Origin: Anthoceros angustus
Lineage: Eukaryota; Plantae; Anthocerotophyta
Length of the DNA stretch: 64,000 nt
Assembly (NCBI GenBank): GCA_010909165.1
Contig: MU008158.1
Location: 2,443,478 to 2,507,477 of the forward strand
Direction: 5' to 3'
The number at the start of each line of letters is the position of its first letter. The first letter of the stretch is position 1. Below, piece after piece: positions 11,892-25,540 of the stretch. The notes under the pieces are model-generated. The model made no database searches. It saw nothing but the letters and a program-made list of their open reading frames with translations, and was not told the origin of the DNA. The translations under genes were made by a program, and so were the position numbers.

Positions 11892-12230
11892 AATGGCTAT
11901 ATGCCCAAGATACGTTAAGCTGAGGTTGATGGCCATGAAGTTGCTCAAGTTGCTTGCCCACAAAGTTGATCGCACATGAGGGATGTTTGCTTGATGTCCT
12001 GCCTTCATGGGTACGCCAGACTGCCTCGAGCTCGAGCGAGTTCATAGCGTGAGACCACTCAATTTTAAAATAAGGTAAAATAATGTAACAGAAGACTATG
12101 AGTAAGATACAAGTGAAGATTCATGCATGATAATTCACTAGTAGAACAAAAACCCATCTTATTATATTGTACATACAGATGAAATACATGACCTATCAGC
12201 TTAGAGGACATAGGGCAAGTAAATAAGTCT

Positions 12231-15200
12231 TCAAACACATTCATTATATGTTTTTTTACAATGATTGATATCATTGTTTATACACCTTAGAAATTGCAAC
12301 CCTTGTAAAACAATGCATAGCTTTCCTACAATTTTTGGATTATCTACTACAGATGTAACGTCCAACTCCATAGTTATTTCTTCGAATTGCTGATCTTGGT
12401 GCATTATATGACGTAAGTTGACCTGCATCATAGATTTACATGATATTTGAGTCAATACAGATAAAATATTTAAAAAATTTTAAAATTTAAAATCTACCTG
12501 GCTTGTGCCTATTTGATGTTGTTGATTTAGAAGCTCATTTTTCCCTATGACTTGAAATGGGATTATTGCCGAAACTTCTGAATCTAATAAAAGCCTTAAA
12601 GCTTCTCGTGCTTCTTTGTGTTTCTTGTCAATCGCAAAAGCTAAACAGGTAAAATAATTACTTGCAATTACTACTTGACTTTCATATAATTTCTGAATCA
12701 AGATGATACAATTTTAATTTTTTGAATGTAACTAACCTCTACTATATAGATAAAAAGTGGAACTTTGCATGTTCTCCACACTTGGTGTACATTGATCAGA
12801 TTTGTTACAAAACTTGGAAAGAAAATCAAATTGTATGTAAATCGTTTGGATGCATGGATCTACATGCTCCGGTTGCAATTGTAAACATCGTATTGTTAAA
12901 ACAATACAATCATCCTTAGAAAGCATGCTGCTAGGTTCCATTGCAATAGTCGATTGGAGTTTTTTGGTTGTCATGGTATCAACCTCTCTTTCTAAGTATA
13001 TTACATAAATTAATATATTTTTCATGTAAATTTAAAACAGATTAAAAAAAAAAGAGGATGGATGATAAACACTAATTGATAAAAGAAAGAAGAGGAACTT
13101 TGTAAACTATGTACTACCTACTTGATTAATGATTAATTCAAAGCTTCATTATCTAGTAAAAAATCATATGGCACCTTCAATCTCTGAAAATGTGCAATCA
13201 CTGTCTGCTGTTCGATCACTTTCCCAAGTTCGATCAGTCTCCAAAGCTAATTGATGAATTTGTGGGTCTATACTTTCCGGAATTTCCTCCTAGACACGAA
13301 AAGAGCAGCTCATACATGTATATGTTTCTCAGAAAAGAAGATTCAAATTTTAGTGTTCGTATCATTCTTTTTATAAAATATAAGATCATACATGAGTTAC
13401 TACAATTATATACTTTATCATTAGTTGTAGCCTGTTGCATATTTCAAAATTAATAGTAGTTATCCATCACAATGAAAATCCATCACAATGTATTAACTAG
13501 ATTTCAAAGCACTAAGTCAAACTCTTACCACAATGACTTCATCTACTTCTTTTGAAATTGCATTCTCTTTGGATGAAAAAAATCCAACACTAGAATTTGC
13601 CTCAATGTCTATGTTTTGACAATGTTTTAGAAGGTTGCCAAGTTGGATCTCTTCCTCAGCCGCTGAAGATGTAATAGAGTTTTGTAGACTTTCATCATAG
13701 TGGCTTCCACTATCTTCTGTCATAATGGAGATAGTAATTCTCGTCTTCTCACAATTTAATCCATCCTCTCTTAAAACACTTCCATCAATAGTCTTTCCTT
13801 TCAATGATGTTGTACAATCTTCACTTGGTTGTGATCTCGGACATACGTGTGATATGGTATCTTGCACTTTGTTGGATGTTGTAATTTTTTTATTTTTTCC
13901 TGCTTTACTATCTTCACCCACTACTTGCACTTTATTACATTCTACATTTTTTCTTTGATGTGACAACATGTGTCGAATCTTTCCGGATAGAGATTTTGGG
14001 GTACTCAACGTAGAGTTTGCATTACTGAAAGTAGACTTAGGAGTACTTGTGCATAAAGTTGGAACTAGCTCAGTCTTCTTGATAAAATCATGTTTGTATT
14101 CCTAATAACATGTCTTACATATTAATCTAATGTATGAACAAAACTACTTTTGTTGTGACAACATGAGTTAATCATCCAAATTCACTTGGATGTACTAAGT
14201 GATAGTTTTTGAGATAAGTGATAAGAATCCCACCCAACCCAACAGAAGGTAAATATAATTAAGGATTGTGTCTAATAAAACTCACAAGAGCCATATTATT
14301 CATGCTTGAGATTGTGTTTGTTTCCTGTAACTTTTGTAAAGCTTGTTCATGGTTCACCTTGAGTAACTCAAGTTCTTCCATTGAGCTCTGATACATTTTA
14401 TTAAGATTTTCCATCTTGGCCCATGTCTCAAGTAGATGTTTTTTAACATTGTTTTTGGAATCACCTTGAAGCAAGTGATCTGCTAATGCACTTTCCAGCA
14501 TGCTTGGATTATCATCTGTATCTTTCTTTTCATGCATCACAATATCCCCGTTGTCGTTCTGATTATGAGGATTAAATTTATACATGGGTAAAATTTCCAC
14601 CTGTATTTTCCTTTCAAGAATAATGATCTTTGTCATTAGATTTCTTATATTCTATTCTTTAAGTCAATAATTTTCTCAATAGCCTTAATTCATATTAAAA
14701 GTTTGAAGTGAGTAAGTTAATAACAGGGAGTTATCTTCGTAACAAAGCTTCGTCAACTATAAATAAAGCCTTGGAAAGTAGAAAATATCAAAATATTTTG
14801 GGCCCTTATATACTGTATTTTGTCTTATTTTTAAGTTCTTGCATATTCTTTTAAAAAATAGAATCATTACTTATGCTGTGTGACCATAAAGCACAGGCTT
14901 AAAAAGGAATCTTTTCAGTATCTATTGATTATGTTTTTAAAGAGATCAAAGAATAGGCATAACCTTCAATTCTCTTATAATTACTAACCTCTTGTTTTGA
15001 AATTGGTGTTCTAGCATCAGACTCTCGGAACTCATCCATTTCACCACGTGTTGTTGAATTTGATTGAGGAGCTGTTCCAGATTGTATAGCTTGTCTCTCA
15101 TATTGGGTAAGCTTGACTTTCAATTTGTCATTTTCTGAGCGCAACCCGATAAGTTCTTCTTTTAATCTTTGTACCATCTACATGAAGATTCACAGTATGC

Positions 15201-16059
15201 AGCCTGAGACCTAGCACCAAACCGTTGAAAATAGAATCCATCAATTTACCTGCTACTTGAACACAATTGACATGTATTACAACAACCACATCCGCACATG
15301 GATTTAAAATCCCTCAATGATATCTATTTACCATGCAAGTACTTACATGGTTGTCTCGTCCTCGAGATGCAGAAGAAGGTCGTACGCTCCAATTTTGACG
15401 CATAGTTTCCTCCAATTGCTTTTTGAGAGCTAGATTTTGATCTTTGTAATATCGTATGTGTTCCCTCCTCTTTTGTGCATCCCTTTCTTGATCTCTAAGC
15501 TTTTGTTCTAATTCTTTTACTTTCTAAGTCATCACATACAATTGGAGATATAATTATAATAATAAAATTTTCTAAAAAAATATTATCATAACCATCAAGT
15601 AAAAGTATCACCTCAATGGCAACATACTGCTGGTTGATCCTTCCCATTGCAGAATACTTGGCTTTTGAAGCAACACAATTTTGTTGAATATCATCACGCA
15701 TTTGTCGTTTTACTGTGTCCTCGGCATGGGCTAATCGCACAAGGAGTCTACAAGATGACACTGGCATGAGTACAATCTCCATAAAACATATCATTTAAGG
15801 GGCTTGTAGCTTGTATAACATAAAACTCTTACTGTTTGTGCTGGTCTTCTTTGTGGTTAACTGTCATTTTCAGTCGGAAGACTTCCGCTTGCATTTCCAA
15901 ATATCGATCCTCTGAAATAGGGCCTCCCTCCCAAATGGGTCGCCCTCGTTTAGATCGGATGTCGGTTGACGCTCCATACAAACTACATTCATCCGACATG
16001 GCACCTTTGGAGCGGGCCGAGACAGGCCTTCGCCCATCTATCACAGACACAACATCCAT
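12231..16059 (-). CDS. RPGRIP1L: RPGRIP1L/Fantom-like ciliary transition-zone protein (N-terminal coiled coil + C-terminal RPGRIP C2)
   Basis: About 11 exons. N-terminal SEDRYLEMQAEVFRLKMTVNHKEDQHKQLLVRL resembles the RPGRIP1L LEDRFLRL..LK..KQEDKIKRMATKL motif. C-terminal IVLTIRCLQL..IYIQFDFL..IPFQVIG..IGTSQVNLRHIM..IVGKLCIVLQGLQFL resembles the RPGRIP1 C-terminal C2 domain. Splice phases are consistent where I checked them (3' exons). Confidence 0.72.
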
Positions 16060-16919
16060 GGGCCGTTAAGGTTGTCGGAAGTGAAGTTGTAGCCTAAAGC
16101 AACTGCACAGGGGAACTCATGGGGATTCAGATCCACGGCAGCCAGGTGCGGCATTGTGAGAGCAATTCTTGTTTCCCAATCCTCTTCTGGCTCTAACCCT
16201 AGTCCGTGTGAACCGACTGCCGTGCACCAGTTCAGGGGTACTTGCGGTTTCACGCTCTAAACTAATCGGACCTGATGAGTGCGCAGGAGGGGATTCTCAC
16301 ATTTCACACCTTCGCCCTCGGCCCTCCTTCCTGTGTTTTGAGCCGAATTTGTCTCTGGTGGAATCCAAAACGCATTCCTATCAGATGACATGTCTGGACG
16401 AAGGAAGGGCGTGTGGCAAAGGACGTGAAGCATTCCCAGGCTGGCGCATCATCAAAACCGGCCACATTGCACACAAGCATCCGTGCAAGGAAGGCCAGTT
16501 CAGGCCAACGCGACACGGAGTCGCCTGAGACGTGTGATGTGCAGCATGACAGACCCTACCCCAGGGTCCGAGGCAGCAGGAAAGGAGTGGAATGCACGTA
16601 CCGCCGCGGTTGGCAGGGGGAGGCGAATCGGGCCGGTCGGAGTCGTCCATGGAGTCCAGGTATGCAAGCTCTTCCGCTGTGCGATTCAGATAGACCATGG
16701 CTGCGCCAGTGCCTGTGTTCGCGCACGTCAAGGGGCGCGCGGCTCCGATGAGAAAGCAGCTCCCGCACTCCTCCGCCAACACAGTACCGAACCGAACCGG
16801 GCAAACGTGGTCGCTTGGTCACCTAAGCCCTGCCCGTGTGAAACGCTACATTCTTGGTCCCTTTTGCTGTTCCTCACATTCCTCATCACCTCGAGCTCTT
16901 GTGCGGCGGCGCGGTGAAG

Positions 16920-17567
16920 ATGGCGTTGCATCTTGTTGCGCACGCGCATGCCGGGCTCACCAGGCCATTTCCCGGATCCATCAATGGATTTTGCTGCGCT
17001 CCTTGCCACTTTTCTGGATCGAGTAAGCGTCGTGTGGGAAGTGCGAGCAGGAAAGCCAGGACAAGGGCCAGGCGCAGCGGCGACAGCGAAGAGCAGGGCA
17101 GCAGGGCCTCAATGCCGGGGCCGCTGCTGGCTTTCTCCACCGTATCGCCGTTTCTGGCAGGTGGAGCCGCAGCTGCAGGAGAAGGTGCAGAGGATGGCGT
17201 TCAGTTGCATTCAGGCGGTGCTGAGAGTGTAGCAGCATTTCTACACGGCTTGCCACTGGCTGACCTAGACCCTGACACGGCACAGCTTCTGGCCAACATC
17301 TTAGGCCCTTTGTTCGCCTCACTGAATTTCCTTTTCATCTTGAGGATTGTCATGTCTTGGTACCCTGCCTTGCCGGTTGGCAAGTTCCCTTTTGTGATTG
17401 CTTATGCCCCGACCGAGCCCGTGCTTGAACCTACTAGGAGGCTCATTCCGCCTGTCGGAGGCGTTGATATTTCGCCTATCGTCTGGGTTGCGTTGCTGAG
17501 CTTCCTAAATGAGATCCTTCTAGGGCAGCAAGGTTTGCTTGTTCTTCTGTCGCAAGAGAGGCTCTGA
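16920..17567 (+). CDS. CCB3: YGGT-family cytochrome b6f heme-ci assembly factor CCB3, intronless
   Basis: Transit-like N-terminus, then LDPDTAQLLANILGPLF..FLFILRIVMSWYP.LP..KFPFVIAYAPTEP.L..TR..IPP..GVD.SP.VW..LLSFL.EILLG.QGLLVLLSQ. Confidence 0.92.
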   Translation: MALHLVAHAHAGLTRPFPGSINGFCCAPCHFSGSSKRRVGSASRKARTRARRSGDSEEQGSRASMPGPLLAFSTVSPFLAGGAAAAGEGAEDGVQLHSGGAESVAAFLHGLPLADLDPDTAQLLANILGPLFASLNFLFILRIVMSWYPALPVGKFPFVIAYAPTEPVLEPTRRLIPPVGGVDISPIVWVALLSFLNEILLGQQGLLVLLSQERL

Positions 17568-18156
17568 TTACCGAGTTCTTTACAACTGTAACTAATTTTC
17601 TGCAGCAGCAGACTCCCTGACCCAATGTTCCACCAAATTGGTGGGAAATGCAGCATGGGTTCTGTGGTTTTGGTGTGATGTTATAGCTCCTACTTTCTAG
17701 AAGGTTTTGAGTCCATCACCATGCAGTTTACCACGTGGCTCTCACCTGGTGGACCATTATAGCGCCAGCGACATTGTTCACACCACGGGCATAGCCCGAC
17801 CAGAAAGCCTTCACAATCTAAAACGAATCCTAACCCGTCGAGGCTGAGGGCGCGAAACCGGGGCAACACCATGGTCCTCTACGGTAATGCCCGAAGTGAA
17901 CAGAAACAGCTCCCCGGACGTGGACTAGGTACTTACCGAGGTAGTATTGATTAAAGACAGGAGAGCCCCTTCTTGGGGCAGAACAGTCTTGGTTGGCACA
18001 GGTACATACATACGCGACGGTGGGTTGCTCTTATTACATTATAACTGGAACCAGGGCATGTACCAAAACTGTGCGCGACACTCTGTGGTGGGGTGGCACA
18101 AATTACAGAAGCCCATTTGATGAGCCCTACTCACACACCCTACACCGTTGCCTCAT

Positions 18157-19731
18157 CTATCCAGATGACTGAAAGGCCAGCTTTGCCATATGCTCCTTCT
18201 TAGGAAGCTTGACTTTGGTTGCCAATCCCACAGCTTCCAGGGCCCTGACCACATACCACGTTGGATCCAGCTGCCACCACTCGAGACCGTGTCGAGCAGA
18301 GTACTCAAAAGCATGGTGGTTATTGTGCCACCCCTCGCCGAACGCCAAAAGAGCTACCCACCTTACCAACCAAAGGGAGCAGCTTAAAATCAGATTGCGA
18401 AGACAGAAGAATGCTGTAGGCACGGGCTGCTAAAGAAATTCTCCTTACCAATTGTTCCTGGACAGATCACCAGTGTTCCACTGCTGAGTCCCCCACACAT
18501 GAGAAGCTGAGTTCACAAACCATGTGATGTGATAAACCCACACGGCTCGGACAGCCTACAGTTAACAATGCTTGGTCAGACCGTCATCAGATGAGGATGG
18601 CCAACACGTGCTATGGACAGATGAAATGACCAGACGTACCATGCCCCAAACAAGGTAAGGAACGCCTCCCAGAGCGAAAAGGGCAACGGCCATCATAGCC
18701 GGATGAAGAGGATAGGTTTTCTGGATGAACTTGTAGAACTTGTCATTCTGCATGTCACCAATGTTGCTGCGAGCTCCAACCTACGTGGTGTTGGACAACG
18801 TTAGAGAAGAGAATACACCATAATGCCCTTCCTGGAGTTCGAACGTTTACAAAAGACATACCCGCTGTTCGGTTGAAAGGTCATCCAACAACCATCCCAT
18901 GTGGCTGTGCCAAAAGCCTTCATAAGGAGAGTGCGGGTCCAATGCTGTATCACAGTGTTGGTGGTGATACCTGTGAGAGCTCACCCATTCCAAAGGATCT
19001 CCCTGAACACCAAACCGTACCAAATCACTGTGTCAACACAGCCGTTCATGGTGGAATCAGGGAGTAAGACAGCGTAACTACACACTGGATTACTACTACA
19101 ATTGAGGGGACAAAACCTGCACAGCTTGGACTCCGCAGTAGGCAAAAGTATACTCCAGCCACTTGGGCAGCTTGAAACTCTTGTGTGACAAGTTCCGGTG
19201 ATACGACAGCGTGATACCAAAGAGGCCAGTTACCACGTAAAGCAGCACAAACACTCCAAAAGCTTGCCAGGAGAAAGTAAACGGGGCCAGTAAGCAGAGA
19301 GCATGCACCAGCCCCAAATAGCCCCCGTACGTCAAATCCTTAGTTGTCCACTTCCTGTTCAAAAAGTAGGGCCTCTGCCTGGTCACCGGAACATCGGATA
19401 ACCAGATTCTGCTGGCCCCCGACGTGGATGCGGCTGCGGCCTCGGTTTCCTCGCAAGAAGCCTCAACACGCACTACACCCTGGTTTCCCGCCTGAGGCCT
19501 GCCGCTGAGAACAAAGCATCGAAGCGCTGCTCCTGAGAAAAAATCTCGTGCCTGTATCCTCGTTGGCGGGCTTCTCACAGAAGCGCTCCTGCTACAACAA
19601 CCTCCCGCGTGGCTAGGGACTCCCACAGAACTAAAAGGGCTGGCCTGCCTGTGTTTGGTAGCATGCGACGAGGATGCCCTTGCCTGCACGTTGCACGCTC
19701 CAACAACGGGGATTGAAGCGGCAACCGCCAT
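18157..19731 (-). CDS. FAD5: Plastid acyl-lipid desaturase (ADS family, palmitoyl-MGDG delta-7 desaturase-like)
   Basis: Transit peptide, His boxes HRNLSH, HRYHH and [28 protein letters not shown]; 5 coding exons. Confidence 0.9.
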
Positions 19732-19737
19732 TGGCGC

Positions 19738-20590
19738 TGCGCACAGAAGTGCCACCACGTGTTTCACAGCCTCACAATCGGCACATTTCCACCTCGGCCC
19801 CACCCGCCTCAGGTCTCCTCCCCGCAAAACCCCTCGGGCGTCAAAACCTTTGCGAATGCCGCCCTAGTCAAGTCGAAAAAAAGAAGCTACTATCTGTACC
19901 GAGTCGCTGCTGTGCCCGCAGGCCTAACCAGCGACAAACAAAACCTGCAAAGGAGGCACTCGCACTGTCAGTTCAGTCCATACTACCCTCGCCGCTTCCG
20001 CAAGCGCAAGAAGAACACATCCAATGCGGGCATGAGGACCTTGTAAACAACAGAGCACGACAGGACCGACAGAGCCGAATGCAGTCTTGGAGTGATGCAT
20101 GATGCGGCATTGACATTGCACGCAGACAGCTAGGAGCAATTCAGAGTAGGAACTGGGGTCAGGGCAAGCGAGTGAGGAGACATACCAACGCACCGCACAA
20201 CGCAAAATACAGACCAAAACGACTGACTTTAATGCTCCACAAAAATGGACCTAGAAATGGAACAGAAGACCATTCCACAGCAGAAAAGCGCTGCCAACCA
20301 AAACCAGAGCTTGCTGAACAAGCCAGATCCCCAGACGCGGATCCTAGCGGAGGAGAATCCACCAAACCACAGCAATGAAAGCTGAATGCACCGCACCGAA
20401 ACCGCATCCAAGCAGCAGAAACAAGGCCGGTTCAGGGCGAGGTTGTATCAGGCGACAGATGCGACAAGGCGCGCAGCAATGCGACAACAAATGGAATCAC
20501 CTGGTAGGAATTGCAGTGCGGCGCTGGCGGGCGCTCGTCACAGGAGACGCGCGAGGGAGTCGAGGCGCTTGCAAGGCGGCTTATAACGGA
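19738..20590 (-). promoter_or_regulatory. Probable two-intron 5'UTR and TATA box of the desaturase
   Basis: Minus strand: TATAAG at ~20580, donor CCAG|GTGATT ~20501, acceptor CCTTTGCAG| ~19945, donor TCG|GTACAG ~19900, acceptor GCGCAG| ~19737 just before the ATG. Confidence 0.5.
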
Positions 20591-21090
20591 CCGCTAAATT
20601 TGCTACACGGTCAGGTCAGCCTGACCGCGATTAAGGTAACCGGTTAACAGCCCCTAGCAAAGAGAAATCCCGCGGGCCACTCCCAGGCCGGATAAGGTGC
20701 TGCTCCGGTGCCGCTTCTCCTCCGGGCCGCCCTTGCGTGGCGAATGTGGCTGGGCGAAACCCGTGGTTCTGACACCTGACCATGACCACTCGCTGTGTCT
20801 ACGTACCCGCCCTGACCACGTTCTATTTCTCTTGCATTCTACATATGCATGGACATACATGCAGAGTTTGCCTTGGCAGAGGAAGATAAGTACGTTGGGT
20901 AGATATTGTAGATACCCATCCTGAGGTGGGATGAAAGTTTCATTTGCCGCGTCCTGTAGTAAGTCTGTCGGCACTCTCTTGTCTAGCTATCTCGATAGCA
21001 CTAGACATACACTTCCTTGATGAGCTACATCCAATTCCAGTAAACAGCGCATGCGAAATCGCCACTGCTTGCTCCTCAACAATGTAGACG

Positions 21091-24000
21091 TCACTGTGGG
21101 CCAGCAGCCAGGATCTCCTCTGTCAGCTTGCTGTCCCCACCCACTTGGTAATCGGCAAACTTCTCAAAGTTTTTCTTAAATAATCCGGCCAGTTTGGTGA
21201 CGGTGTCGGTATAGGCCGCTTTGTCTGCCCACTGCACATGTGAGCACGAGGAAAAGGATGGTTTGATGAGAGTCCGTGATCTCGGAACCCAAATGCCTCG
21301 AGGGGTCAAGGAACCGGGTTGTGAGACTTACCATGGCCTCGGGATGGAGGAGCTCTGAAGGCACTCCCTCCACGGCGTCAGGGATCTGAAGACCGAACAC
21401 TGGTGTTGCAGAGTAGGTGGCTTTGAGGAGAGCTCCGTTGTGGATGGCGTCGATGATCTTGCGAGTGTACGCCAGCTTAATACGCTGACCTACCCCGTAG
21501 CTTCAGATCAACATGCCACATGATCCAGTGTGAGAGTGTGTGTTAATCAGTTGTGATGGCATCAGGATTGAGCCCACAGCAAGACAAGGCTGCCTACCTG
21601 CCTCCTGTCCATCCTGTGTTCACCAGCCACGCTGTCGCACCATGAGTCTGCATCTTCTCTGCCAACATGGCTGCGTATTTTGTTGGATGCAGCATGATGA
21701 ATGCAGCTCCGAAGCACGCAGAAAAGGTGGCCGTTGGCTCTTTGATGCCATCTTCAGTGCCAGCCACCTAGAATGCGAAGGGCAGACTGTGGTAGTCAGG
21801 GTAGCGAGAGCCCAAGATAGATCAAGGTGTTGAGGATGTTGTGACATACCAGAGCAGTGTATCCACTGATGAAATGGTACATGGTCTGGGCCAGGCTAAG
21901 CTTGCTCACTGGTGGCAGGACACCAAATGCATCGCAGGCCAGAAGAATGACATTCTTCGGGTGGGGACCCACACACGGGATCTTTGCATTGGGCACAAAC
22001 TCTATGGGGTAAGCTGCCCTTGTGTTTTCTGGGATGCAAGGCAAACGCAATGTCAGCAACCGAGAGAGCCTGTACTAATGCAACATAAACATATCACACG
22101 TATTTTGTTTCCTGTACCTGTAACTGAGTTGTCTGTGAAGTCAACTTCCCGGAAATGCTCATCGAACACTACGTTCTCTAGAACTGAGAAACCACCCACA
22201 AAAACGTCAAAACCAGAGAATCCGTCAAGGAAAAACTACAGAAGCTGCACGCATACAGTTACAGGGGCCACAAACTGAGTGAGCATTAAGTACCAGTGCC
22301 AAATTTAATAGCATTGAAAATGTCCGGCTCTTTGTCACGAGACAGGTCAATGCACTTGGCATAACATCCTCCTTCAATGTTGGAGACACCCTTGGAACTC
22401 CAGCAATGCTCATCATCGCCAATCAGGTAACGGTTATGGTCCGTTGACAAGGTGGTCTTGCCTGTGCCTGCAAACGAGCACATATAAAAGTTATGTCCGG
22501 TTTCAAAGACGGTGCTGCAAACAGAGTGCAAAGCAAGGACTCGTCCTCTTACCTGACAGGCCAAAGAACAATGCCACATCTCCAGATTTCCCCATGTTAC
22601 AACCAGAGTGAAGGGATAAAATGCCCCTCTTAGGCATCAAGTAGTGCATGACACTGAACAGTCCCTTCTTCATTTCACCAGCGTACAAGGTCCCTAGGAT
22701 CACCATCTCTCTTCTTCTCAGATTCAGATCAATGCTGGTAGATGAGGTCATGTAGTGCGTGTATCGGTTGCAGGGAAACTGTCCAGCATTGTAGATGGTG
22801 AAGTCCGGAGTTCCAAAGTCCTCGAGTTCCTCAGCTGTAGGACGAATACACCTGCCAATAATACACTTGTAACATCACTCTAACCAGAGCCAAAACTATG
22901 AGAGGCCTTGAACCGCGAAACTGGTAAAAAACAGATACAGTGTGACATTACTCACATGTTGTGCATAAACAAGGAATGATAAGCCTTTGCGGACACTATC
23001 CTGACTTTAATGCGGTTTTCAGGATCCCAATTCAGAAACTGGTCATTTACAAACACCTGCATGCAACACAGTGTAATGTCATCAACAGGGCAGGAGAGAT
23101 TGTCATTGTTTCGGATGAGCTCTATCCAGCCTGTATGCACCTTTTCAAGGGACGTGAGGTAGTCCACGGCCCGTTCTCTGTTGATTAGAAAGGTCTCCTC
23201 ATCCATCTCAATGTTGGGAGACCCTCTGCAAAAGAAAGACGCCAGAGTCAAAAATTGACAGTGCCTGAGCTCTAGGGATGTCCCTGATGAGACATCAATC
23301 ACGATAAGGCCACTTACTTTCCCCACCATAAGTCATTCTGGGAGCTCTCTTCAACCACAACTCGCTTATCTTTGGGTGAACGACCAGTCTTCGCTCCGGA
23401 AAGAGTGGCAAGAGCTCCAGTTGCAGTGATGTACGATCCCTTCTCAAACTTGATCGCCTGCTCATAGAGCTCTGCAAAACAAGAGAATTTCAGACGCAAC
23501 AAGGTGGCATGGCAGGCAGATGGTCGCCTTAGTGCGAGCTCACCTCCTGGAGACAGATTGTGGAGCACATGAGTGAACTTCAATGAGCTGTCACTGATGA
23601 CGGCCCTGGACGGTATGAAGGACTCTCGATGCCTGGACTTCTCCGGATCCCCCGTCACAACTTGAGGCCCGATATCCCGAGTCAAGGACGCAAGAGATGC
23701 ACTACAACAAAGCACGGACAAGGGTGAGGCACGAGGTCCAGATATCCGAAGCAGCAGACAAACAAGTCACCACTTGCGCCTGCAGGTTGGCTGCACCTGA
23801 TGGAGTACATCCGCTGCCGCTGCCTGTCCTCGTCCGAGACCCTGGAGGCGCCGCTGGGAGTGGAGGGAGCGGACTTCTTCTTCTGCATGGAATGCAGATG
23901 ATCAAGCGAGCTGGCTCGCACGGTGGGAGTGCTGTCGTCCGTGCACACATCCAGATTGCCATCCTCCGCAGTCCTACCGCGGAACGGGGTGGCGACATCC

Positions 24001-24095
24001 TCCGACGAGACCTCCGCCCTCCTCAGCGTCTCGATCTTGGGCAAGCCGTTGAGCCCGCTGGTGCCGTTGGACTCGAAGATGGCGTCTTGGCCCAT
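21091..24095 (-). CDS. PCK1: Phosphoenolpyruvate carboxykinase (ATP)
   Basis: Multi-exon. KKKSAPSTP plant N-terminal extension, [77 protein letters not shown], end EILAAGPQ*. Confidence 0.97.
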
Positions 24096-25540
24096 GGTGC
24101 GCGTCGCGGGAAGCGCCCGCACACACAGCTGCAAATCCCGCCCCGGGGCCCAGATTGAGCGCAATGCCAAGACAAATTGACAAGGCAGCTGCTGGCTGGC
24201 ACCTCAAGGACCCAACAAGCACAATCACAGCCCAGGCGCCACTGCCTGCCCAGGCCCCCCGGTAGCGTTACCTGCAATCCGAGGCTGCTGCCCGTGGCCG
24301 GATCGGCGCCAATTGCGACAGCAAGCTGGCCGGGAGCGTCGACCGGGAAGGCGCGTGGGCCTGTCCGGAGGCTCAGGCCCGATCGTGCGCGCCTTGCTGC
24401 TACAGCGGGTGTGGAGCATCAAAGATGCTGGCTATGGCAGCCCGAATTGGTCCCCCTCTGCCAGCAGGAAGGAGCTTGCTGCCCCGGCCTCGGCGTTTGC
24501 CTTCCGTGCGAGCCCGATCAGGCACGGCTGCCAAATTGGGCGTTGGGCCTTGCGCGCGGGTCGGGATCCAATGTGAACACGTCATGCCGGACGTTCCCCG
24601 AGGACAACGGGGTCGAATAAAATCCCCCTACTGTTGTCTACCCGCTGTACCGTCCTTTGGGCAGCCGGGCAGCTGATTTGGCGCGCTGCCGTTGCCGCAT
24701 TCGCTGGCCCGCTGACGCGGCAGCGCATGGCGCTACCCTAATATCCGGATACCAAATACCACCTAAAGAATATCTTTTTTCTCGACTCGGTAGGTAGGTA
24801 TGGATAAGCACCATCCAATTAGCTTAAAACGAACAACATAGGTGTCTCTTATACATATGCGAGGTAGTCACACCCTAGGGAGAGTTAGGGCACACACAGA
24901 GCTAAAGGGCCTGTAGGCGCTTCTAACTCCTTTGTTTGCGATTCCCTTGCTCTGGTTGCGAAGCGCGACGTCGGAGACGCCGTGAGTGTGCATGGTCGCG
25001 TCCTGACTGTTTTCGGTCCTTGGTGCTCCTAGGGTTCTCGAAGCGGGTTCTATCGCTGAGAACTCTGCGTGTGTGGTTGTGGAAGCTATTAATTTCACGC
25101 TTACTGACGGTCGAGCGTGGAACTGCTTCGGTGTTCTTCTGCTCAACAACATCTTTAAGCAATAGTGACATAGACTCTGTGTGTCATCCTGGTCACGGTG
25201 TCTTCCGCTTGGCCGACGATATGCATTTCTGATATCTTGGTAGGGGTGCCATGCAGCTCCGACTAGGTTCGGACTCGAACTATGGTTTCACTCCTGGACG
25301 GCTGTCCTCACTTCTGTTCGGGTGTTTTGCGGTGTCTGCGTTCTTTCTTGTCCTGAGTTCCCGCAGTTGCATTTCATGTTGTGGAAGTCGAAGGAGGTAG
25401 TGTTGTCACAGTGCGGTGATGAAAAGCTTAACTCACGAGGAGTCTATACATTCTGCAGACTCTATATGACGCAACTTAGTTAACGCTTGGCTTCTGAGCA
25501 CTGTTGTCCGGGACTCAACTATGTCTCTTGTCGTGCTGGG

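Noticed and set aside
17690-17960. Possible structured ncRNA (TPP riboswitch-like GCTGAG..GGTAATGCC, MRP-like GAAAC..CCCCGG, U1-like ACTTACC, CCTAACCC template-like)
   Set aside because: Each motif lacks its required partner elements. The region is the convergent 3'UTR space of CCB3 and FAD5, and ACTTACC is simply a minus-strand splice-donor-like sequence.
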